Positions 24,230-36,312 of a stretch of 51,159 bases of DNA are shown here, in pieces. How positions within the stretch are numbered: position 1 is the stretch's first letter; each line of letters begins with the position of its first letter. The stretch is from Chiloscyllium plagiosum (lineage: Eukaryota). A model generated the notes under the pieces. The model saw only the letters and a program-made list of their open reading frames with translations. It was not told where the DNA came from and searched no databases. The translations under genes and the position numbers were made by a program. The stretch lies in contig NC_057718.1 of assembly GCF_004010195.1 (NCBI RefSeq), forward strand, positions 28,907,049 to 28,958,207, in the 5' to 3' direction.

Positions 24230-24660
24230 CTAGTCTCTTCTTTAAATTGACTCTGTTTTGAAAGTATTACATTCACCAGGTAATGTATCTTTATACCTAG
24301 ATGTTTATCTCGTATTTCCCGTGTTGATGATCTTGATAACAAACTGCAAGCAAAAGCTCTTTTCCTGAATTGTATTTCAAATTGAAATCATACTTCTCAA
24401 GTCTCAAAAGCAAGCTGTGCAGACTAGCTAGGGCTTCGCTATGATCTTTCTTGTAACCTGTTCCAGTCAAGAATGGTGTCTTCAATACAACCTTTCCCCA
24501 GAGCTTCCATCTCAGAGCTAGCTGCAACATTTTCCAGACTTGTTATGGTTTTGCCAGGCGCAGACACCACTCTGAAGAACTGGCGTTCTGTCCCCTTCAT
24601 AATGCATCCGGCAAAGCTTGAACCTAGTTTCCATGGTTTGCTCCATGGATTCATTTAGAT
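24230..24660 (-). mobile_element. Old Gypsy pol fragment (RNase H C-terminus)
   Basis: LLLRLEKYDFNLKYNSGKELLLA resembles LLRLQ.YDF...Y.PGK....AD.LSR. Confidence 0.6.
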
Positions 24661-24736
24661 TGCTCCTTCACAGGTGAAATAACACTATAAAACAAGTTGA
24701 GGTAGCTATCAGTGAAAAATAAAACACTACTTTTAA

Positions 24737-24893
24737 AATCAGAAACAAAAACAGAAGTTGCTGAAAAAGCTCAGCAGGTCTGGCAGCATCTGTGAAGAGA
24801 AATCGGAGCTAACATTTCAGGTCCAGCGACCGTTTTGCAGAAACTTCTGTTTTTGTTTCTGATTAACAGCATCTGCAGTTCTTTCGGTTTTTA
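24737..24893. mobile_element. Short PLE terminal fragment with a 23-bp perfect inverted repeat
   Basis: AATCAGAAACAAAAACAGAAGTT (24737-24759) and AACTTCTGTTTTTGTTTCTGATT (24842-24864). Confidence 0.75.
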
Positions 24894-26874
24894 CACATTT
24901 TTATCAGACTGATTTTCAACATCTCAGGGACAAGTTAACCCAAAGCAAATGGATAAAAACACACCTGCCTGCAGAGACAGTTGTCAACTTCTTCTAAACT
25001 GTTAATATCTTTTTTTCCACTCTGTGCCCATGAAACTGAACTTGGGTCTACATTTTAGCTGATGCACAAAGCAATCTTTAAGTTAAAAGAAACAATTTAC
25101 ATGAAGCCTCAATCATACTTCTCCACCTGCTCATAGTTAGCAACTGTCAAAGAGCCAGGAGGGGAATGAACTGTTATATGATGCTAGATTTCACCTCTAT
25201 GTGGTTATAATTGGGGTTGAGTTTCTTACCGTAGAGTATTGAAATGGAAGCTGATTGATTTAATCAAAACATTGATGATGAGGAACCCTAATAGTCACAG
25301 ATGTAAATTGCAAGGGAGTTCCCTGTACTAGTCGTTAATTTACTTTATATTCAATGAAAAGCATGTTAATTTTTCAACTGAATAGCAATAACCAATTTCA
25401 AGCCCAGGTTTCCAAGGTTTACAGCTACAATTTGATGCGATATGCATCTTTTTAAAAATGCTTATGTTTGATGCCTGCGTCCAACTCACTCGAATTCCAC
25501 TTTAGCCAACAACCCTTCTACTCGCTGACCGATGAATATCAGAGGCTGCTGATTATATTTTTTCCAGTTTTATTTTTATTTCACAGCTTAGCAGATGGAG
25601 TTGTCAATGCTAGAGATTGCAACATTTTTGGCTATATCCTTCCAACAAGCACTGTCAGATCAGCTAGATATGAATATTCAACTGATCAGGAGCCAAACAA
25701 AACTGGCATTACTGAGGTAATGAATTGGTTGGAAATGGCTGCGCAAATTGCTAGCTTGAGGAGCTACAATGCAGGGAGAAACGTAAAGGATGTGATTGTA
25801 ATAAATATTCCACAAGTAATTAAATGTAAATCTAGGATTGCAATCTGGAATGCAGTAAACAGGGTAGTGACTGGCTGTTCAAATATTCCACAGTTTGCAT
25901 TAACTGTGACTGCAGTGGTCAGTCTGTTGAAAATGTGGTTAAAATAATGTTCTTTTGTGAAGAGGTGTGTGTTATTTTGGAAAAGAAAGGTTGGTTGCTA
26001 ATTAAGGTTGCTTGTTTTGTGCAATTTTAAATTTTGCCTGGTCAAAGAAAGTAATGTTTTCCAATGTGTTCTGACTTTAGGTTGAATGGACTGGCAAAAG
26101 AACTGGCAGAGATTCAATGGATTGACTGGTCTCCTACTGTGCTGCACTATTTTATTCTAGAGGACCCGAAATACATCTTGAAGGTGTTATGACTAAATCA
26201 TTGGCAAGGAACCCCAATTCATTATAGTTCCAGATAGGACACCCTAAACTGTTAACCTCCTGGAGGAAGAAGGGATAAACTGGTTCCTTTTCTTTATTCA
26301 CCTACCCCTCATTTGGTTACAACAGGGTTGAATTATACAAAATCCTTTCCGTTACCTTACCCCAGATCCGAATAAATTTATGTTTTAAAAAGAAGACAGT
26401 TTAACCAGGCTTCCAGTCCTGTTGACTTTTCGAGCAATTTTTATATATTCTTGGAGAGTAAAACAGAAATGTTGGCAAGGGATGGGAGGCAAGAGGCAGT
26501 CAGCCACCTTTGTCATCTCTTATTCAGTCTCTCCCCATTTGAAATTTCCTTGATAATTTATGCACATTGTTCGATGGACTGCACATAAGACTTTGTTACA
26601 CAGTTACTGACTTGGTTTTGCTGTCCAATATATTTGGCAATTAAAATTAAAAATGTCTGTTACTGCTTTGGATTCTGACCCATCATCATAACAATATGCT
26701 GAACAGAAGCTATCAAGAATTAAAATCTGGAAGGGCACGGGGACAGGCAAAGTTTTACAGCCCATGATTACTCTCCCTGCCCCTGCTCCTGGCAATAGCT
26801 CAAACTTCCCTGCATTTTACTATGTAGCCAACTGCCAAATGCTGTTGAAGCCATCAGTTAGAAAGAAGAAATTA

Positions 26875-27275
26875 TTTCCCAAAGCACTTCACAGTCAATG
26901 AAGGATAGTCACAGTTGCAATGTAGGATACACAGTATGTGATTTGTGTGATGTTAGCCACGTGGAAGAACGATAAGTGATCAGGTTATCTGCTTTAGTTA
27001 TCGGCCAGGATACTGGGAAATACTCTTTTGCTTTTACTTGAAATATTGTGGAATCTTTTTCCGTTGACCGAAAGAGACATAAAGACACATCAGGAATTTT
27101 TTTACGTTTTGTTTTCTGGAATCAGGACTCTGGTGCATTTCATTGCATTGGTGCTGTATGCAATTGTATGTAAAGAGCTGAAAATGTGTTGCTGGAAAAG
27201 CGCAGCAGGTCAGGCAGCATCCAAGGAGCAGGAGAATCGACGTTTCGGGCATGAGCCCTGAACTGCTAGATTACA
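26875..27275 (-). mobile_element. Ancient Deu-domain SINE (SacSINE1-like) with a PLE fragment at 27176-27260
   Basis: cccaaagcacttcacagtcaatgaag..aatgtagga..ggccaggatactgggaaa pattern. A paralog lies at 47950-48190. Confidence 0.55.
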
Positions 27276-28326
27276 CACTTGTCATCCAATAAATGATGGC
27301 AGGCAGAGTCCTGAAGCTGGGGATATTCAAAGGCCAACCATCAAAGACATATCAATATCGAGAGATTGGAGTTGCTGCTGTCAGCAGCAGAAAGGGGAGA
27401 CACCCCCTGAAGACTTCTTAGCCTTGGAAGAATCAAAACTTGGCCACAGCTGCCATGTTCTTAAAGTAGAGGGGTATTTACTTTGAAACACATGAAGCAA
27501 AAAAGACCATGAAGACCATTTAAGAAGACCATGAAGCAAAGTTTTTTTTATTCCATTGACATCAGGTTTTAACAAACATGAAATGAAATCAAAGATCAAT
27601 CAGGAAATGGTGTATTTACATGGAATACTTCACATCTGGTTAAGGAAGTCTTCTATCTATTCCTCCCTTTTTCCTTGAGGCCAGTTTCTTACAAAGACAG
27701 CCCTTCCTCCAGGGAAGGTCCACTCAACTGCAGTCTCACTCCTGTTCAGTGTTCTGCTTCACATAAACCAGTGACTGCTGGAGGCATTAATGTAACTTCA
27801 GAGGGCAGTCTATGGCTATCTTGTGATTGTCACTGATGGTGAAGGATTAGGTAAACATTGTATATGGAGTACTCTCCCTGATCCTGCCTTGGACATTGCT
27901 TCAGTCATCAGCTCGGCTTTGGTCCCAACATGAGGCCTGACTCATGTTTGGATTATTCCTCTCAGATTGACCTTAATAGGTCAGTAAAGGGGCTGAATTT
28001 AGCTGCCTGTTGCTAGTCAGCAACATGTTTAAATATGACTGGGTTTCAAGAACATCTCAATAAACTGACACACCGAGAGGGGTCAAGAAATTGTGGGCCC
28101 CTTCACCTCTGCTGACATTTAAAAATGTTGTCACTGGTGGAAAGTCTCATCTGAAATTTCTAACTGCAGTAAAACCACACAGTCTGGGAAAACTCAGCAG
28201 GTCTGGCAGCATCTGGTCAGAACAAAGGTCACTGGATCCAAAATGCTAATTTTGCATTCTCTCTTCGGGTGCTGCCAGACCTGCTGAGTTTTTCCAGCCA
28301 ATTTTGTTTGTGTTTCAGATTTCCAG

Positions 28327-28640
28327 CACAGTGGTTAGCACTGCTGCCTCACAGCGCCAGAGAACCGGATTCAATTCCCGCCTCAGGCAACTGTCTGTGT
28401 GGAGTTTGCACATTCTCCCCGTGTCTGCGTGGGTTTCCTCCAGGTACTCCGGTTTCCTCCCACAGTCCAAAGATGTGCAGGTCAGGTGAACTGGCCATGC
28501 TAAATTGCCCGTAGTGTTAGGTGAAGGGGTCAATGTAGGGGAATGTGTCTGGGTGGGTTGCTCTTCGGAGGGTCGGTGTGGACTTGTTGGGCCGAAGGGC
28601 CTACTTCCACACTAAGTAAATCTAAGTATTCTAATCTAAT
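28327..28640 (+). mobile_element. HE1/V-SINE (slightly 5'-truncated) inserted into a PLE inverted-repeat remnant (28165-28660)
   Basis: Near-identical to 6153-6467. It interrupts ttccagca|tctgcagttc. Confidence 0.9.
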
Positions 28641-31600
28641 CTGCAGTTCTTTTTTTATTTCCAACTGCAGCCCTGAAGATAAAATTACAGACATGATCTT
28701 AGTGAAAGGGAGAGCAGGCTCAAGGTGCCAAATTGCCTATTCTGCATCTAACTCCCAATTTATGTTCCTGACTCAAAATTGAATGCGTTATCACTGAATC
28801 AAGGCTGGCAACTGTATCTGTTTCTCTGGAAGCTTCTGAATCTACTGCACACCTTGCTCTGACATTCAGCCATGAAACCTCTCTATCCGGGTTTCCATCC
28901 AGAACATCTCGAACAATTCCTTACACCAACTTGCCTAAATTTAAAGTCAATGATCTTGTAATTCCTTAGTTCAGACTGTGTTGGTCTTTTTGAATATGAA
29001 CCTCCACTCAGGATTTGGAATAATTCTTACCCTCGTAAGAAACGAGTTTTATAGAATCCCCGCTCCCACCATTCCTTTGAACACCGTCAGATTAATGTCA
29101 GTAAGGTGAACGATCTGTTTCAAGACTCCATAATGTTTGACACATATAGTATTGATTCAGACACACACTGCAATGTGTGCTACTGTTCTAGTTGCATTTG
29201 GCATAACATGTGCCACCCTATTTAATTTTTCAAATTAATCCTGTTTCAGATACTTTAGTAATGTATGCTTGGAATATTTCATCGAAATGGGCTCTTGACC
29301 CCTAAGGTTATAACAAATGGCAGTAGTCAATTAGATTGAACCACTTGAACCCAGTTGGTACAGCTGTAGCTAATGCACCAAAACCTCCACTTTCTCGAAA
29401 AGCTATGTTCTCATATCGAACTACATAACCCCCTTTCTGCCGGATTTTCTGCTTTCTGAATCTCATCTAACCCTTTATTTGAAATTCAAATCTTTCAACG
29501 ACATTTAACAATGTGTCAAAGATAACCAGAGTATCCAAGTTATCCATTCCTGCAGAAGGCAGTGACAATTACATTATCGTGCTTTAATTGCATTTAGAGG
29601 AACAATGTCATTTGGTAGATTGCCCATCCAATGGTAACTTTAGTGTGAAGTTGCTATGAGGACAAATCGAAAGGCTGAATGGCAGTTTATAATGTTCATA
29701 CGTAGTTATTTTTAGCACAAAAATGAAAACCGTAAATTGAACAGCCAGTACCAAGTCACAGAGTAGTGCTGGTTCAGCGTAAATAGCAGGGCATTACAGC
29801 TGCATTAATCTAGCAAATTGGACACAGCTATTGATTTTGCAGATGAAGCAGAGCAATGAATCTGAATTTCTCACTGTTTTGGAAAGGTTCACGCCTCAGA
29901 GTAGCAGAAAGGTTTGGTGTGATATTATGGCTTAAGTCACTCCTGCATGATGGGAATTGTAGTGACGTGGACCAGTGTACTTTCTAGTAATGTGGAAAAT
30001 GTACCAGAAATATCAATATGACTTTCCCCTTCTGTGTCCCATCCAAGTAAAGCATACTGTAAATTTCAGGACTTGCTAGTCTAGAAATGATCACACAAAT
30101 ACATAACACAGACACGTCAAATTTCTCAGTATGAGTTGCTGAACCTCTGACATATCTGAGTAATTTCATATAAAATTGTTAACTATTTAATTGTAATGTT
30201 TCCACAACAATCTCCAATGCTCAGATTACCTGCTTCAGAATGGACTTTGACCACTATGCAATGTGATGACATTTCAGTGATGTGTATAATTTGAACCACC
30301 AAACCAGGAACTGAGATTTCATGCAATGTCTACAAGAAGGCAATGATACTAGATGGGTTGCTACAAACCTCAGAATTGTAATCTGAAATTTATGAACATT
30401 CATAGGGACCATCTTGTTCCATGTCTTTCAACTTAAAATTATCCCTGGTGCTCGCTGTGTACATTTTAATGACAAACATCTGGACATGTACTGCATCTGA
30501 AAAGTAATTTCTACAGAAATGATTTTGAGGAGTTTACCTTTTATTATAAATATACCCTCACTTCAGATATAGACACATTAGTTCCAAGGTAACTGAGCCT
30601 CTACAGAAAAAGTAAGAGTCAAATACTAAAAATCTATAATAGAAAATGTTAAAAATATTCAGTCTGTGAGTTCTCACCACAGAAGAGGATATACAAGGTA
30701 ATATGGATGAGACAATTCATCAGATGTTTAACTGGAGCAGCTCTTTGAAAAACACAGGGTGCTGGCATTTTGCCAGTCCCAAGTCCACTGCATTGTGCTT
30801 GACATTACTCCATAACTGTATAGGAATGTTGCTGCATTACCTTCCCACTAGTTTTAAACAGTGCAATATTCAAACAGCTGCTGTGGTATATAATGATCAA
30901 GTATTATGAAGCTTCTTTTAAAAAAATATGTAGAGGAGTCTTATCAATACTAACATGCTATCTAAAAAATACAGCCATGGAGTCAGTATCAGCCTGTGGG
31001 AAAATTCCATGCCCTGTGACCATTCAGAAAGAGATCTGATCAAAGAATGTGCAGGGGTCTGTCTTAACTCATTTTATTCTGTGGGTGGTTAAAGAAGAAG
31101 TGACCCGATTCAAATATTGTCTTGTTTTCTTTTCAGTGAGTGTATATTAGATATGGTGACACTATTAAACTCAACTCATTGAGAATAACAAGGAAGCGAA
31201 GGTCTGCTTCCAGTCTTTTTCACTCCCCTCTGGAAGCTTTTGGCATTCACTTGGTTTCCATTCAAGGATGCCAGCAGCTCTTCAAAGCTCCACTGAGTAG
31301 TTGTTCTTCAGTTTGATCCCAGACAGGGAGTGCCTACAGCCTGAGGAACTGCCATGGTAAGTTAACCATTTCTGATGTCAGCACACACACAACTTTCAAT
31401 TCAAATTACCGGATGGTGATCAGATATTGGAACTCGGGTTAGTCTTGAACCTCATTTCTCCAGAGGGGTTGGGTCCAATGGTTTCAGCAAGATCACTCAA
31501 TTAGGGCTCACTGTGGTAATGGGCTGTACACTCACCTAGTTATTTATCACAGAAGCAATGATCTAAATATAGAATGACAAATACAAAGCTAGTTCATAAT

Positions 31601-32277
31601 TAATGAGCATATGTGGGATGCTGAAGGCTGAGGAATATGTTCAGAGGATTTAAATCGACAGCTTTGGACAGGAGTGCAGAGCGGAAGTGGTTTGTGACCA
31701 GAATCTGAAGATCCAATTTCAATATGGATCTCTTTGTTGAGTGATATTAAGCTGTCTCTAAAGGCTTCAGAAAGTTGGAAATCCCCACCAACACTGTGGC
31801 TTTATTGATAGCACATGCACACAGTTGTTCACAGTGATGACTCACCTTCTCAGGGGCAATTAGGGAAGAGCACCACATGCTGCCCTGTCATGTGATGCTG
31901 ACATCCACAAAAGAACGGAAAAAGAAAGTTCTGAGCAGACAGTGAAAAACATTGTGGAGCTCCGACTTCCAAAAACCCTTTGACATTGCTCCGGATAGAA
32001 TTAGGACTGCAAGACTTATGTTTAATTGTTCTTTTATGGGGTGTGAGTGTCATTGGCAATGCTGTTTCAGGGGACCATTAACAGTCAACTGTAATGGTGT
32101 GGATCTGGAGTCACATATAGACTATGGCTGCCTGACCTATACACGGCTTTCACTCATTGCATTCATTCACTGGCTCAGTGAGAGGGGCCTGATCTCCTTC
32201 AAGGTTCCCTCATCTCGAGGTGTGAGGGTGTTGGCACTGAGCACCAAAATGGAGGAGGAACAACAGTTAGATCTCTC

Positions 32278-32760
32278 AGGGTTGGTGGTGAAATAGTAAT
32301 GTCACTGGACTAGTAATTCTAAACCCCAGGCCAGTGTTTTTGGGACAAGGGTTCAAATACTACCACAGTGGATTGCAAAATTTAAATTAAATAAAATCTG
32401 AAATTAAAAATGCTTGACTACATAATCAGTTGATTGTTGTAAAACTCACCTGGTTCACTAAAGCCCTTAAGGGTAGGAAATCTGCCTTCTTTTCCTGGCC
32501 AGGTTGTGAGTAATTGCTACCTTACGGGTAACTCATAACTGTTTGTTGTAAAGTCCCAGCAAACCACTCAGTTGTATTGAACTGCTACAAAATGTATAGA
32601 AAGAAACAAAACTGAACATACCACAGGGGCAGTAAATGCATAGGAACACTACCATCTGCAACATAACCACTGTGGCAGATGGTGGAATTTGAATTCAATG
32701 AAAAATCTGGGATTAGAGTCTAATGATGATCATAGAAGCCATTGTCAAACCTAGCTGTAC
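32278..32760 (+). mobile_element. Shark tRNA-headed SINE-like repeat fragments (minus-strand relatives at about 32040-32120 and 35615-35785)
   Basis: gtaatgtcactggactagtaat..GGGTTCAAAT..aaaatctg..ctggttcacta. The internal segment is repeated at 32665-32750. Confidence 0.5.
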
Positions 32761-32869
32761 TAACATTCTCTTGGCTGTGTCTGTTCATTTTACGACTGTC
32801 CTGGCTTCTTCAGCATCCTTCTTGTCAGCTTTGGTTTCATCAGCATCTCTGTCATACTCCTTTTCTTCG

Positions 32870-33445
32870 TTGGTAGACAGGCAGGAGATTGGAAGAACAC
32901 AGCAAGCCAGGCAGCATCAGGAGGTGGAGAAGTTGACATTTTGGGTGTAACCCTTCTTCAGGACTGGGGGTTGGTGTAGGGGAGCTGTAGATAAAGGGGT
33001 TGTGAGGGGAGCAGGGTGGTGAAGTGGGGATAGATGGAGACAGCTAGAGGGTATGACCTGGTTGGTCAATAGAAGGAATGAATCCGGTAGGTGGCTAGGA
33101 GTAGTGGAAGGGTTGGGGATGGGCTGGGAAGAGAGTCGGGGAATGAGAATGGAGATTATTTGAAATTAGAGAACTCAGTGCAGAGTCCTCGGGCTGTAGG
33201 CTGCCCAGGCGGAAGATGAGGTGTTGTTCCTCCAATTTGCGGTCTGATTCGTTGTGACAATGGAGGAGGCTAAGATTGGTCATGTCGGAAAGGGAATGTG
33301 AGGGGGAATTTAAATGGGCGGTGACTGGGCGATCTGGTCGGTCCCAGCTGAGGTGTTCGGCAAACCATTCCCTAACTTTACATTTGGTTGCCCTTATACA
33401 GAGAAGATCACATTGGGATCATTGGATACAGTGAGCCAAGTTGCA
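32870..33445 (-). mobile_element. PLE 3' fragment
   Basis: LLHCHNESDRKLEEQHLIFRLGSLQP plus a terminal repeat with a decayed CTGAAGA..AAAA core. Confidence 0.8.
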
Positions 33446-33943
33446 GGAGAGGCAGATGAACCTAATGAATGCATTGACAGCTTTGTCGTGCCGATCAGCA
33501 TCAGTCTGAAGATTCACACTAAGGCCATTAGCTATGCCTTCTGGATTACCCCTTGTCACCTGTAAGCCAGCTCTGGAGTTGAAACAGAGGAATGAATATT
33601 CAAGGAACCTGAGAGTTTTATAGGAAGCAGGTATTGTGATAACTGCCTGGAAATCAGTGCACAAACAATGTCAGACATCGAGATAGTGAAATTCCTTCTG
33701 TTCAGGAATCAGATTGAAAGATGCCATGGAGCTCCGAGCATCATGTGAGCAGGCAATGGCCCCAGGTCACTGAGGGAACCCAGTGATGGCTATGAACCCA
33801 ACATCTCAGACACCTTGGCTGGCTGTGTTTCCTTTAAAGCATCAGGCACCTTGGGCTCTCTGTGTCGATGATGAACTGCAAGAACTGTTCTATAAAACTT
33901 GTAAGCTGCCATCTGGGAGATGCCAGACATGCCTCTTGTTGAG

Positions 33944-34624
33944 AAGAAAGTGAGGACTGCAGATATTGGAGATTAGAGTTGACAGTGTGGTGCTGGAAAA
34001 GCACAGCAGGTCAGGCAGCATCCAAGGAGCAGGAGAATTGACATTTCAGGCACTAGCCCTTCATCAGGAATGAGGTTTGTGAGCTGGCGGTTGAGAGATA
34101 AATGGGAGGGGGGGGTGTGGCTGGTGGCAAGGCAGGTGAGAATGCAATAGGTAGATAAAGGTGGGGGAGAAGGTGATAGGCCAGAGAAGAGGGTGGAGCA
34201 GATAGATGGGAAAGGTGATGGATAGGTCAAGAGGGTGGTGCAGATTTGGAGGCTTGGGACTGGGATAAGGTGGGGGGAGGGAAATGAGGAAACTGGTAAA
34301 ATCCACATTGATCCTGTGTGGTTGCAGGGTCCCAAGGCGGAAGATAAGGCATTCCTCCGCCAGGCGTTGGGTGGTGAAGGTGTGGCTATGAAGGAGGCCC
34401 AGGACCTGTGTGTCCTTGGCAGGGTGGGAGGGGGAGTTGAAGTATTCGGCCTTGGGGCGGTGGGGTTGGTGCAGGTGTTCCAGAGATGTTCTTTGAAACG
34501 ATCCACAAGTCGGCGTCCTGTCTCCCTGATGCAGAGGAGGCCACATCGGGTGCAACGGATACAGTAGATGACATTTGTGGAGGTAGAGGTAAATTTCTGT
34601 CAGATGTGAAAGGATCCTTGGGGT
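33944..34624 (-). mobile_element. PLE 3' fragment (GIY-YIG plus terminal repeat)
   Basis: TSD CCTCTTGTTGAG at 33932-33943 and 34625-34636. DRFKEHL..FNSPSH..QRLAEECLIFRLGTLQP. Hammerhead core at about 34036-34071. Confidence 0.9.
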
Positions 34625-36104
34625 CCTCTTGTTGAGGTTTGACAGGAACCTGTGGCAGGGGAGTTCAATGCTGTTTTAATATGCAACACCATAGGAAGAT
34701 GCTGCCCCTCCAGCTTTGTCCACAGGAGGGACTGATGTAGGTGACGGCTTCTCTAGTTATACAAAGACCATCTCCAGCACTGCCTTTTACTCACCTACTT
34801 CGCCTTTAGCAGAGCCACTCCCTGTACAATGCTCACTGACACTGAAGACCCTGGTTCAGCTGCTGCTTGCTCATCCCCACAGCTGCAGCTTCCTATTTCT
34901 GCTGGCACTGGATATTCCTCCTCCTCCTTCTTCCCTTCCTCCTCCTTAACCTCACCAATGCTATTACAGCTGCTGGGTTACATTGGCCAACTATTCAGCA
35001 TGAAATCTACTGATTCTATGGATTTGTGAAGAAATACCAGAAATTAGATGTTTGTTTTGCATTTGAGATTTCTATGGTTAAGTAGCTCTTTAGCTCTTAT
35101 CTAGCTGTTTGTGTATTGTTGCAAGTTTGTCCTCCCAGCCACCTTGACATGATGAGGCATGTCTTCCATGAACCATGGATGATTTTCCTCTTCCTCATTC
35201 TACTGTGCACAAGATCTTGAAAATACAGCCTGCATGAAAAGCAATAAGCTCAATTTGACTCTTGGTGGCCTTCATTACCCTCTGTGATATAGATCCAAAA
35301 CCTTGGCATTTACAACCTGTAAAGCAGCTCCTTTCTATGTCTTTATTTTTTAGATAAAAGGGCATATGAAAGCTACTGCATGTAGAATAAATCCCTCCCC
35401 TCTTCCTCCATCACCTTGACCATGGTTGGTCAGTCTTCAGTGTTCTTATTCTCACAGTTCAATGAATCATGTGGTGTGGTTGGGATGTTGATTTTATGTG
35501 TTGTTTGAGCTTATGCAGTGAATGCCTACTTTTATTGCTCAGTCCTGAACCTAATGCCTTTAAAATAGTATTTTTCAGTTTCTGTTGCAATTCCCTCAGT
35601 TTTTTTGAAAAATATTCATTTATAGTATAAAGGTGTCATAGGCCAGGTCAGCATTTTTTGCCCAGAGGAAAGTTAAGAGTCAACCATATTGCTGTGGGTT
35701 TGGAGTCACATGTATTCAGGTAAGGGCAGCAGTTTCTATCCCTAAAGGATATTAAGTGAACCAGATGAGTTTTTTCTGACAATGCTGTGTTGGGTGTGTT
35801 TGCACTGTGCAAGAAAATGTGAGGTCCTCATCCATGTGTGCTACACATTCACTGTGAGATCTTCTTTTGCAAAATGATTTAGGAGATAGTGGTTGTTAAT
35901 TTTTCATTGGTTTCATTCACCTTCAACTCTCCGCCACTGCACTACACTTCTTCCCTCCCTACCCCTCAATTGTTGTAGATGGCCTTTTTACCCCCTGTTG
36001 TCCTTCTGTCTCCCCCGTTGACTTTCAGCCATTTTGCTTATTCAAATCTCTCTAGATATTCATGCTTTCCCTGGGTTCCAGTCCTATCCAGATTCCCAAG
36101 GTGC

Positions 36105-36312
36105 CTTTTCAACCGGGATCTCCTGGTTCAGAGGTAGGGACACTACCACTGTGCCACCAGAGACCTGATGCCCAAGCTTATATATATTTCCTAAACAATT
36201 TGTTCAGAGATATTACTACACACCTCTCGTGCCTGTGGGACTTGAACTGGGGTCTCCTGGCTCACAGGCAGGAACACTACCACTGCATCACAAGAGCCCC
36301 CTATGCCCAAAC
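36105..36312 (-). repeat. Two tandem units of about 136 bp with tRNA-like Pol III heads
   Basis: Each unit reads ttgggcat.agg.ctc..gtg..cagtggtagtgt.cct.cct.tga.ccaggaga.cc..gtt.aa (A-box and B-box like). Confidence 0.6.

Noticed and set aside
31351..31362. ATG|GTAAGT resembling the ATG-terminated first exon of calmodulin (CALM2 is syntenic in human)
   Set aside because: There is no CpG-island promoter and no calmodulin exon 2 (ADQLTEEQIA) downstream in the window.
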